This document shows positions 40,737 to 48,864 of a stretch of DNA of 64,000 nt, in pieces. The notes below the pieces were generated by a model that did not search any database, was not told the origin of the DNA, and was given only the letters and a program-made list of their open reading frames with translations. Origin of the DNA: an uncultured Rikenellaceae bacterium (GTDB lineage: Bacteria > Bacteroidota > Bacteroidia > Bacteroidales > VadinHA17); contig CAYQRF010000002.1 in NCBI GenBank assembly GCA_964419775.1, positions 7,837-71,836 of the forward strand, read 5' to 3'. The position numbers were made by a program, and so were the translations under genes. Numbering within the stretch: the first letter of the stretch is position 1; each line of letters opens with the position of its first letter.

Positions 40737-41573
40737 TCAGGTAGGACTCATAGTACTCGAAAATTCGTTGATTGAATTATCGCGGTTTACAGCTGCCGCG
40801 ACAGGTATGGAGAAAAAGATGGAAGAACCTGTTCTTCCGTTGTTCTCAATCCAGAGCGATCCGTCCATCATCCGGATCAGTTTGCGTGCAAGGGCCATGC
40901 TTACAGCCATATGGATGTCGTTAAACTTCGCAAGTGATTCTGATATATCCCTGCTGTGAAGAAATTCCCTGCATTTCAGGTAACCCTGACCCGAATCAGT
41001 GATGCAGAACCTGAGATGGCCATCAGCAATGTTATAGCCGACTTTAATATACCCTGATTCAGTGTTGCTCAAAGCGATCTGGAATAAATTGCGAATTACC
41101 CTTGTCACCCTGTTGGCATCAAAGAGGCAGTCAGGACTCTGGCAGGTCAAATTGTCGGATACAAGAAGCAGATCCTTGTATCTTTCCTTTTGAAGTATTT
41201 CCCTGAACTCTGAAAAAAGACCAGCGAACATCTCACCCGTATGCACTACTCCCGGTTCCGAAATTGAATTACCCGTATCAATGATTGCGGAATCCAGGAA
41301 ATTGTCAAAAAGTGAAATAATCTGTTCGCATGAATTATATATGTGATTGCTGAATTCTTCCCGCTCGGCTTCGCAATATTCCTTCTTGTTCATCATGAAT
41401 GAAAATGCAACTATTGCGTTCATCCGGGTCCTCATTTCGCGCGACAGCTCAGTCAGCACTGTGGAACAGCCCGATACCGGTTCAATCAAATGATCTCCGT
41501 TTCTGGCCTGATCCCTTTTTACAGGAACCGGATCACCCGAATCACCCCTCATATGCCCAAAAAGGTCGAACAT
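40737..41573 (-). CDS. cytoplasmic histidine-kinase-like protein lacking the phospho-acceptor His (degenerate HisKA + HATPase_c)
   Basis: The H-box position reads LSREMRTRMNAIVAFSFMM, against the canonical SHELRTPLNAI, so Arg replaces His. An N-box-like NLFQIALSN and a G1-like DSGQGY are present. The G2 region (MAVSMALARKL) has no glycines, and there is no TM segment. Confidence 0.65.
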   Translation of the reverse strand: MFDLFGHMRGDSGDPVPVKRDQARNGDHLIEPVSGCSTVLTELSREMRTRMNAIVAFSFMMNKKEYCEAEREEFSNHIYNSCEQIISLFDNFLDSAIIDTGNSISEPGVVHTGEMFAGLFSEFREILQKERYKDLLLVSDNLTCQSPDCLFDANRVTRVIRNLFQIALSNTESGYIKVGYNIADGHLRFCITDSGQGYLKCREFLHSRDISESLAKFNDIHMAVSMALARKLIRMMDGSLWIENNGRTGSSIFFSIPVAAAVNRDNSINEFSSTMSPT

Positions 41574-41601
41574 TTTAATCCTGTTAAGGTTAGATGGACA
41601 A

Positions 41602-42357
41602 TTATTTCAGGTATCTGAGAATTTTCCTTGCTTCTTTTCTGTAGATGGTCCTTGAATCTTCAATTGTTGCCAGCTGGCTGACTGCCTTGACTGTCTCACC
41701 TGTCTTCAGATAACAAAGGGCAAGGTACCACTGTGCATGGTCAATATAGAAGTTGTTATTATCTTCTATGACTTTTGAGAATGAATCGCTTGCTTCAGGA
41801 TAATTCTGTGTTTCAAATTTTGAAATGCCATTAAGCAGTTCGGTATGCATGTCGCCCGGATTTTCTGCCAGGACCCTGGAGAAGTAGATTGCGGCGTTCC
41901 TGTAATCCCTTACGTTGTAGTATTCCACGCCAAGCCTGAAATTATCCGAATTTGATGCCATGTTTGCCGAACGCGATATTGTCGCCACTTCATAAGGTTT
42001 GTAGTAGCGGCTTATTATCTCGTCGGTCTCAGGCTTTCCCCGCGACAGCAATGCGATGCTTCCTATTATTACCAGGCTGGCTATCGCGGCAGCGAATCTT
42101 ATATTAAGCGGCTTCCGTGGTTTTACTTCGGGCACCGGCTCTTTACGCTGCTTCTCAATAGCATTCAGCTTGTTGCGCAGATTCATTATATCCCGGTCCT
42201 TCAGAATCATATCGGTCCTGCTGCGCAACTCAACCTCCCGGCGAAGCTTCTCATTGCCTTCCAGCTCTTTTCTGAACCATTCCTTTTCAGCTTCATCCAT
42301 CTCACCGGCATTGTACCGTTCGATAAAGTATGAAAAATCAATTGTCTTCATAGCCAT
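41602..42357 (-). CDS. single-pass membrane protein with cytoplasmic anti-sigma-like N-domain and extracytoplasmic TPR domain
   Basis: The start is MAMKTIDFSYFIERYNAGEMDEAEKEWFRKEL (ATG at 42357 or 42351). A TM helix FAAAIASLVIIGSIALL sits near residue 100, and TPR-like repeats follow (YYNVRDYRNAAIYFSRVL, YLALCYLKTGE). Confidence 0.6.
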   Translation of the reverse strand: MAMKTIDFSYFIERYNAGEMDEAEKEWFRKELEGNEKLRREVELRSRTDMILKDRDIMNLRNKLNAIEKQRKEPVPEVKPRKPLNIRFAAAIASLVIIGSIALLSRGKPETDEIISRYYKPYEVATISRSANMASNSDNFRLGVEYYNVRDYRNAAIYFSRVLAENPGDMHTELLNGISKFETQNYPEASDSFSKVIEDNNNFYIDHAQWYLALCYLKTGETVKAVSQLATIEDSRTIYRKEARKILRYLK

Positions 42358-42564
42358 ATAATGTTTAAGTATATATCCAATTATCATCCATTCAGACTGA
42401 TAGCATGTACATACCTGATGCACGGGCTACAGCACTCCGAATGCAATTCCACTGCCGGGAAAAAATTCTTCCAGCCCGGCTGAAATTCAATCAACCAAAA
42501 ACAACCTTCTGCCGTTTAAACAGAACCCTGCCTTCACTAAGACAGAACCGGCAGCTATATTTTT

Positions 42565-42699
42565 TCAGATCTGAACAGGAGGCAATGAGGGTTTCAGAAT
42601 AGGATCGGCATCACCGCCTTTCACACAAATCATTTCTTCAACTGTCAGAGCATAGACATCAAGAGTCACATCGTGGTTTTTTACGTTCAGGGAGTTCAT
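42565..42699 (-). CDS. double-glycine (GG) leader peptide precursor, 44 aa; predicted mature 15-mer DADPILKPSLPPVQI
   Basis: Hand translation gives MNSLNVKNHDVTLDVYALTVEEMICVKGG/DADPILKPSLPPVQI, then a stop. It has GG at -2/-1, hydrophobic residues at -4, -7, -12 and -15, and EE at -9/-8. It falls below the size cut-off of the ORF track. A C39-ABC exporter and HlyD partner are in the same locus. Confidence 0.7.
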   Translation of the reverse strand: MNSLNVKNHDVTLDVYALTVEEMICVKGGDADPILKPSLPPVQI

Positions 42700-42946
42700 A
42701 GTGCTGATTTTTTTACATTGATACTTATTTCGGGTAATTCGCAATTTTTAAGTCAAATTCTATGTATCATGTCGGAATACCCCGTTTTGTGACAATGAAA
42801 ATTGAATTATTTTTAATAAATTTTCTTATATCAAGATAATCAGCAATATACAAAACAGGAAAAACGGGCACACAGACCTTCATAATAACATTTTTTGTAA
42901 ACTTGCGTTTTGGCACTGGGGAGAGACAAATAAATCAGCGACCTTA

Positions 42947-45900
42947 ATGTTTTCAGGCATCTTCATAAAGTCATTATTGGTATTTTTCATTTCTGCTGTC
43001 AGTATTCAACTGGAATCTGGAGTTACGGATACCAGTCAGGAGCTTGCCCGATTGAATGAGGCCTTTCATGCAACTATTGCAGCCGGCGACACCGCCGGAT
43101 CGAGGGATATTCTTAATTCAATCCTGAAGATGCTCAGTGAGGATAGTGCTGAAAATATCACCGTCGCAAATTCACAGTATTATATCGGTGTCTATTATCT
43201 GCTGAACGGCAGGAACAAGGAAGCTGTCAACTGGCTGGGTTCGTCGGTATCGATCCGTGAACAGACAAAGACTGTTGACGAGGTGTATGCAAAGAGCCTC
43301 TTTAATCTGGCCCTGGCACATTCCCGGCGCGGAGATTTCAAAAAGATGGAGGAAAGCATACTCAAATCTCTTGATGCTAAAAAGTCCATGTATGGCGGGA
43401 ACAGTCCCAGACTGCTCGACGGATATTCCGCATTGACGGGAGCCTGCATCAGCCTGAAGGATTACAGCCGGGCAATAGAATACGGGAATAAGGCACTCGA
43501 CCTTATAGGGGATGACAGGAATGAACATATTAACGAACTGGCGATCCTTTATGTGAATATCGGCATAAGCCATGCCTTTATGTCAGATTATGCAAAAGCG
43601 GTAATGTTCCTTGAAAGGGCAGAAGCATTGTACCGGACCAGCTCCCTTCCCGGGGATGAAAACTATATTAACCTGCTTAACAGCCTTGCCTCCAATTACC
43701 ATTTCCTGGGACAGCGCGAAAAATCCGAACAATATTTCAACAAAGGTTTCAGTTTGATAAGCTCGGCAAATTCCGATTTGTCGCTGAATTTTCTGAACAG
43801 CTTTGCAATAAACATGGGAAACGCCGGAGAGGTGTTAAAAGGGGAGAAACTCCTGGCCGGATCACTTGACAAGGCCGGAAAGATATTTGGTCAAAGATCG
43901 AGGGAATACTGCGAGATGCTCAGGAATTACGCCGAATATTACAGAAGTTTCAATCTGAATATAGGTAAATCAATTGCATTATTTGAAAAGTGCAATGAAT
44001 TGCTTAAGGACAACGCAGAGGATCTTGCATTGAAAGAATCTGTTCTGCTCGGATATGCCCAGGCTCTTTCAGAAAACGGGGAGAATGTAAAAGCTCTTGG
44101 GATAATTCAAAATCTTCTTTTCGAAGGCCGGGAAGGGACAAACGGAGGTTCGGGACTTGAAAATCCCGATCCGGCTTTAATTGAACCTACTCAATGGTCG
44201 CTAAGGCTGCTCAGGGCAAAATACCGCATACTCCATGGGATCTACAGGAAAGAGCCTGATCAGAGCTACCTTCTGGCTGCAGCCGGGACGTCCGAACTGA
44301 TAGTATCCCTGATTGAAAAGGTCAGGATAAGCATCAGTGAGGAAGAGAGCAGGCTTGTGCTCGGCGACAGGTTCAGGGATTCCTATCTTCACGCCATCCG
44401 CGATCTTGACCGGTGTTACCGTATAACCGGCGACATCAGATATCTGCACAAGGCTTTTGAATATTCCGAAAAATCGAAGGCTGCCGGCCTTCTGGCTTCA
44501 ACAAGGGAACTAAGGGCAACAGAGTTTCATATTCCTGAAGAAACTGCGGAACTGGAACGAAGGCTTAAAATGGAAATTGGATTTTATGAAGCCAGAATAA
44601 ATGAGGAAGAATCAAAAAAAGAAGGTGATGTCTCCCTTATAGAGGAATGGAAGGACCTTCTGCTGACGGCCACACAGCGGCGGGATTCTCTGATTGCTGT
44701 CTTCGAGCGTATGTATCCCGGTTATTATCATATCAAATACAATACTGAGGTTATTTCACCCGAAAAGATCCCGGGCATTTCGGGAAGGAACACCAACTAC
44801 CTCAATTATGTTGTGTCCGACAGCCTCCTTCATATTTTTGTTGTAAACCGGAAGCACTTCCGGCTTGTCACGGTAAACATTGACTCAACTTTTTTCAGTG
44901 ATATCCGGCAATTCCGGACTCTTCTGTCGGAACCTGACAATAATGCCCGTACAGGTTTCAACAGATACCTTTCAACAGGCTACAGGCTTTACCGGACTGT
45001 CATTGAGCCTGTGAAGGAATATCTGATTTCAAACAGCCTGCTGATCTCTCCCGACAACATTCTTTCCTACATACCATTTGAAGCACTTCCTGTCAGCGCT
45101 GAAGCCGGGAACCTTGCCATGTTCACCCGGATTCCATATCTCCTGAGGGATTACATGGTCTCCTATACCTATTCCGCCACAATGCTCGCTGAATCAGTCA
45201 CCAGCGATCACAGTTTTTCAAACTCACTTGTAGCCTTTGCCCCAAGCTATAACGGGAGGATCGATGTTGACTCACTTATGAAGTCAAGGCAATCAAGGGT
45301 GTCAACCCTGTACGACCTTAAATTTGCCAGGACCGAGGCTGAATATGTTGCGGAACTCACAGGAGGCAGGCTTTATCTCGACAATGACGCGAAAGAATCG
45401 GTTTTTAAAACCGTTGCATCTGAATATGATATTATTCATCTTGCAATGCATACCTTGCTGAACGACCAGGATCCGATGCATTCAAAGATGATTTTTTCGC
45501 AGGATGACGATACTCCGGAGGACGGCAACCTTAATACCTGGGAGGTTTATGGGATTCCGCTCAAGGCAAAAATGGTTATACTAAGCTCCTGCAATACCGG
45601 AAGCGGTTCCCTGAATTCAGGCGAAGGCATACTGAGCCTTGCCAGGGGCTTTGTTTACTCAGGATCCAGGTCAGTTGTCATGTCAATGTGGGAAATAGAA
45701 GACAGGTCGGGTGCCGAGATAGTGAATAAATACTACAGGAACATCAAACATGGAGCGTCCAAAAGCATGGCGTTGCGAAAGGCAAGGCTTGACTATCTTA
45801 AAAATTCCGACATGCTGCGATCTCATCCGTATTACTGGTCGTCGCTGGTTGTTTACGGAAACAATACACCAATTTATTTTTCAGTATGGCTGAAAGTTGG

Positions 45901-45964
45901 AGCGGTAATGCTTCTCCTTGTTATTTCTGTCCTGCTGTTCCTGATTTATCGGAAATCAAGGTAA
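42947..45964 (+). CDS. TPR-repeat CHAT-domain (caspase-like) protease with N-terminal signal/anchor and C-terminal TM helix
   Basis: 1005-aa ORF with many TPR-like repeats in the first 400 aa or so. The CHAT His motif is YDIIHLAMHT and the Cys motif is MVILSSCNTGSG. The C-terminal TM helix VGAVMLLLVISVLLFLIY is followed by RKSR. Confidence 0.85.
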   Translation: MFSGIFIKSLLVFFISAVSIQLESGVTDTSQELARLNEAFHATIAAGDTAGSRDILNSILKMLSEDSAENITVANSQYYIGVYYLLNGRNKEAVNWLGSSVSIREQTKTVDEVYAKSLFNLALAHSRRGDFKKMEESILKSLDAKKSMYGGNSPRLLDGYSALTGACISLKDYSRAIEYGNKALDLIGDDRNEHINELAILYVNIGISHAFMSDYAKAVMFLERAEALYRTSSLPGDENYINLLNSLASNYHFLGQREKSEQYFNKGFSLISSANSDLSLNFLNSFAINMGNAGEVLKGEKLLAGSLDKAGKIFGQRSREYCEMLRNYAEYYRSFNLNIGKSIALFEKCNELLKDNAEDLALKESVLLGYAQALSENGENVKALGIIQNLLFEGREGTNGGSGLENPDPALIEPTQWSLRLLRAKYRILHGIYRKEPDQSYLLAAAGTSELIVSLIEKVRISISEEESRLVLGDRFRDSYLHAIRDLDRCYRITGDIRYLHKAFEYSEKSKAAGLLASTRELRATEFHIPEETAELERRLKMEIGFYEARINEEESKKEGDVSLIEEWKDLLLTATQRRDSLIAVFERMYPGYYHIKYNTEVISPEKIPGISGRNTNYLNYVVSDSLLHIFVVNRKHFRLVTVNIDSTFFSDIRQFRTLLSEPDNNARTGFNRYLSTGYRLYRTVIEPVKEYLISNSLLISPDNILSYIPFEALPVSAEAGNLAMFTRIPYLLRDYMVSYTYSATMLAESVTSDHSFSNSLVAFAPSYNGRIDVDSLMKSRQSRVSTLYDLKFARTEAEYVAELTGGRLYLDNDAKESVFKTVASEYDIIHLAMHTLLNDQDPMHSKMIFSQDDDTPEDGNLNTWEVYGIPLKAKMVILSSCNTGSGSLNSGEGILSLARGFVYSGSRSVVMSMWEIEDRSGAEIVNKYYRNIKHGASKSMALRKARLDYLKNSDMLRSHPYYWSSLVVYGNNTPIYFSVWLKVGAVMLLLVISVLLFLIYRKSR

Positions 45965-46545
45965 TCCTTGTATTCCGGGTCGGATTTCACCAGCTCCATC
46001 AGCGCTTCTTTACTTAGGTATTTCTTGCGCCTTGCGTAGGTTTCATTCTTCAGATTCATTTTTTCAGCAATCTCCGGGTATGAAAATCCCTCTGAGAACA
46101 GTGAAAGAATAGTCTGCGCATCATCGCTCAGCTTTCTGAAAGCACGGCTGACAATGCTTTCAAGCAGCAAACCCGGATCATCACCTTCGTCATCATCAGG
46201 ATAATCACTATCAATTCCGGTATTTCTCATCCTTTTTCTCAGCTGTGCATTCCATACATTCCGTGCAATTCCGTAAAAATAACCCCTGAGGTCAGTCGTG
46301 AGCTTAAAACCATCTGACGTAATCTGACGATAAAGTGTAATAATGGATTCCTGGAACACATCGGCGACATCGGACTCCGACCCGCTGTTCCTGAGCACAT
46401 GATGCCTTACAGTCTCAAGGTAATTATCATAGAGCCAGTTCAGTATCTGATCATCCTGTTGCCGGATTCCATCTACTATCGTACTATCTGAGATTCTTCG
46501 GAACAATTGCTGATTTTTTGCCCGGATAAATTGACAAATATACAA
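45946..46545 (-). CDS. sigma-70 family (ECF-type) RNA polymerase sigma factor
   Basis: Region 2-like DVADVFQESIITLY...YFYGIARNVW and a region 4 HTH (FSEGFSYPEIAEKMNLKNETYARRKKYLSKEAL). There is no in-frame ATG near the 5' end; candidate TTG starts are at 46545 and 46506. The 3' end overlaps the CHAT gene by 19 nt. Confidence 0.8.
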   Translation of the reverse strand: MYICQFIRAKNQQLFRRISDSTIVDGIRQQDDQILNWLYDNYLETVRHHVLRNSGSESDVADVFQESIITLYRQITSDGFKLTTDLRGYFYGIARNVWNAQLRKRMRNTGIDSDYPDDDEGDDPGLLLESIVSRAFRKLSDDAQTILSLFSEGFSYPEIAEKMNLKNETYARRKKYLSKEALMELVKSDPEYKDYLDFR

Positions 46546-46667
46546 TTTCCCGCGACCGAAAGTATCGAACTGTCAGCGCTGGAGGTACTCAAATTAACAA
46601 TTTAAGGCATTTCTGATAAATAATAAATATATTTACTCCTCTTAATTAAACGGTTAGGTACTGGAAA

Positions 46668-48854
46668 ATGTTATTCCCCTTTGTAAAACAACATGATGCA
46701 ATGGATTGTGGCCCCGCCTGCCTCAAGATGATAGCGGCGTATCACGGGAAAAACTTTTCAATGGATTACCTGCGAAAGAAATGTTACATAACGAAGGAGG
46801 GTGTATCCTTCCTGGGTTTGTCAGAGGCTGCAGATTCTGCAGGATTCAGGACAATGGGGATTAAAATACCCTTTGAGGTGCTCCGGGAAAAAATCGCACT
46901 CCCATGTATAGTTCACTGGCGTCAGAAACACTTCGTGGTTGTTTACCGGATCAGGAAAGGAAAAATATATGCAGCGGACCCTGCGACCGGACTTGTAACC
47001 TATACTCAGGATGAATTCGAAAAGAACTGGGCAGTCACAATGGTCGACGGTAAGCCTGCCGGCCTGGCTCTGACCGTTGAACCGACTCCCTCGCTTTACA
47101 GCCTCGATGACCAGCCGGAAAAGACAGGAGGCTTCAGGTTCCTTCTGAAATACTTCAGGCTGTACAGGAAATATTTCGGTCAGCTTCTCCTGGGGCTGCT
47201 GATCGGTAGTTGCATCCAGCTGATTTTCCCTTTCCTCACCCAGTCAATAATTGACATCGGGATCAACAATAATGACCTGGGATTCATTTACCTGATACTG
47301 TTTGCCCAGCTGGCCCTGATACTTGGCCGAATGTCGGTTGAATTCATCCGCGGATGGCTGCTCCTTCATATCGGATCGAGAGTTAACGTTGCCGTGGTTT
47401 CCGGATTTCTGAACAAGCTGATGTCGCTTCCCGTGGCTTTTTTTGACACCAGGCTCACAGGCGATATAATCCAGCGAATTGACGATAACCACAGGATAGA
47501 GGATTTTCTTACATCAGCCAGTCTCAGTATATTGTTTTCATTTGTAAATCTTGTTGTGTTCGGCATAGTGCTCGCCGCCTTCAGCCTGAAAATATTCCTG
47601 ATTTTCCTTGCGGGAACAGGCCTGTATATTCTGTGGGTTTCGCTGTTTCTCAAACCAAGGGCGAAGCTGGATGATCTACGATTCAGGGAAATGTCAGTAT
47701 CAGGTTCGAAGCTGATTAATATCATCAACGGAATGCAGGAGATAAAACTGACCCAGAGCGAAACAAGCAAGCGCTGGGACTGGGAAGTCCATCAGGCATC
47801 CCTGTTTTCCCTTAAGGTTAAAGGTCTGGGGCTTATTCAGTACCAGTCGGCCGGTGCCACCCTTGTCAACGAGGTAATGAATATTTTCATAACGATTTTT
47901 GCGGCAACAGCTGTTCTGAAGGGACAAGTGACGCTGGGTATGATGCTTGCAGTTCAGTTTATAATCGGACAGCTCAATATTCCTGTTAACCAGATCATCG
48001 GCTTCTTTCGCATGTCGCAGGATGCCAGGATCAGTCTCGACCGTCTCGCTGAGGTTCATAATATGGAAGATGAGGAACCTTTGCCTGAGGAAAAGCTTCA
48101 GCAAATGCCGGACGACCGGACCATCAGGATTAACAATCTTGCGTTTCAGTATGAGGGTCCCCGTTCGCCCTATGCCCTGAAGGATATCACTCTGGATATT
48201 GAACCGGGAAGGACTGTGGCAATTGTTGGCACAAGCGGCAGCGGTAAGACAACTCTACTGAAGATGCTTCTTGGATTCTATCAGCCGGTTAACGGAAACA
48301 TAACTGTTGGAGGCATCAGTCTGTCGGACATAAGCTTGCGGCTCTGGAGGAATAAGACAGGAGCGGTAATGCAGGATGGATTCCTGTTTCCCGACACTAT
48401 AGCCGGCAATCTTGCCCCGGGGGCTGCGGCAATTGATGAAGCCAGGCTTCGTGAAGCGGTTGAAACAGCCAACATAAGGGAATTCATAGAATCTCTCCCC
48501 CTGGGATACAATACCAGGATCGGTGCAAATGGCCACGGCCTCAGTGAAGGCCAGAAACAAAGGCTGCTGATAGCCCGGATTGTATACAAGGACCCGGAGA
48601 TAGTCCTGTTCGATGAAGCCACAAATTCACTCGATGCAAATACTGAAAAGGCAATCGTTGAAAACCTGTCAGGATTCTTCAGAAACAAAACGGTTGTCAT
48701 TGTAGCCCATCGTTTGAGTACAGTCAGGAATGCTGACAAAATAGTGGTTCTTGAGGGAGGCCGGATCATTGAAACCGGAAACCACCGGGAACTTGTCGAA
48801 AGCAGAGGTGCTTATTACAACCTGGTAAAAAACCAGCTGGAACTGGGGAATTGA
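46668..48854 (+). CDS. peptidase C39 domain-containing ABC transporter (PCAT; GG-leader peptide cleavage/export)
   Basis: The N-terminal C39 domain has Gln/Cys (KQHDAMDCGPACL), His (RQKHFVVV) and Asp (AADPATG). It also has six TM helices, Walker A GTSGSGKTT, signature LSEGQKQR, Walker B IVLFDEAT and H-loop VAHRLS. Confidence 0.9.
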   Translation: MLFPFVKQHDAMDCGPACLKMIAAYHGKNFSMDYLRKKCYITKEGVSFLGLSEAADSAGFRTMGIKIPFEVLREKIALPCIVHWRQKHFVVVYRIRKGKIYAADPATGLVTYTQDEFEKNWAVTMVDGKPAGLALTVEPTPSLYSLDDQPEKTGGFRFLLKYFRLYRKYFGQLLLGLLIGSCIQLIFPFLTQSIIDIGINNNDLGFIYLILFAQLALILGRMSVEFIRGWLLLHIGSRVNVAVVSGFLNKLMSLPVAFFDTRLTGDIIQRIDDNHRIEDFLTSASLSILFSFVNLVVFGIVLAAFSLKIFLIFLAGTGLYILWVSLFLKPRAKLDDLRFREMSVSGSKLINIINGMQEIKLTQSETSKRWDWEVHQASLFSLKVKGLGLIQYQSAGATLVNEVMNIFITIFAATAVLKGQVTLGMMLAVQFIIGQLNIPVNQIIGFFRMSQDARISLDRLAEVHNMEDEEPLPEEKLQQMPDDRTIRINNLAFQYEGPRSPYALKDITLDIEPGRTVAIVGTSGSGKTTLLKMLLGFYQPVNGNITVGGISLSDISLRLWRNKTGAVMQDGFLFPDTIAGNLAPGAAAIDEARLREAVETANIREFIESLPLGYNTRIGANGHGLSEGQKQRLLIARIVYKDPEIVLFDEATNSLDANTEKAIVENLSGFFRNKTVVIVAHRLSTVRNADKIVVLEGGRIIETGNHRELVESRGAYYNLVKNQLELGN

Positions 48855-48864
48855 ACCTTGGAAT

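Noticed and set aside
42405-42602. A 65-aa plus-strand ORF overlapping the 3' end of the GG-peptide gene.
   Set aside because: It has no recognisable motif and an Arg/Leu-rich composition typical of antisense frames. It lies in the hairpin-rich spacer.
42947-45964. The TPR-CHAT protein next to a sigma factor could mark a type III-E CRISPR (Cas7-11/Craspase) locus.
   Set aside because: I saw no cas7-11-sized gene, no csx30/csx31-like genes and no CRISPR repeat array anywhere in the 64 kb. The CHAT protein also has signal/TM segments, unlike Csx29. Only the protease-controls-sigma logic is kept, as an analogy.
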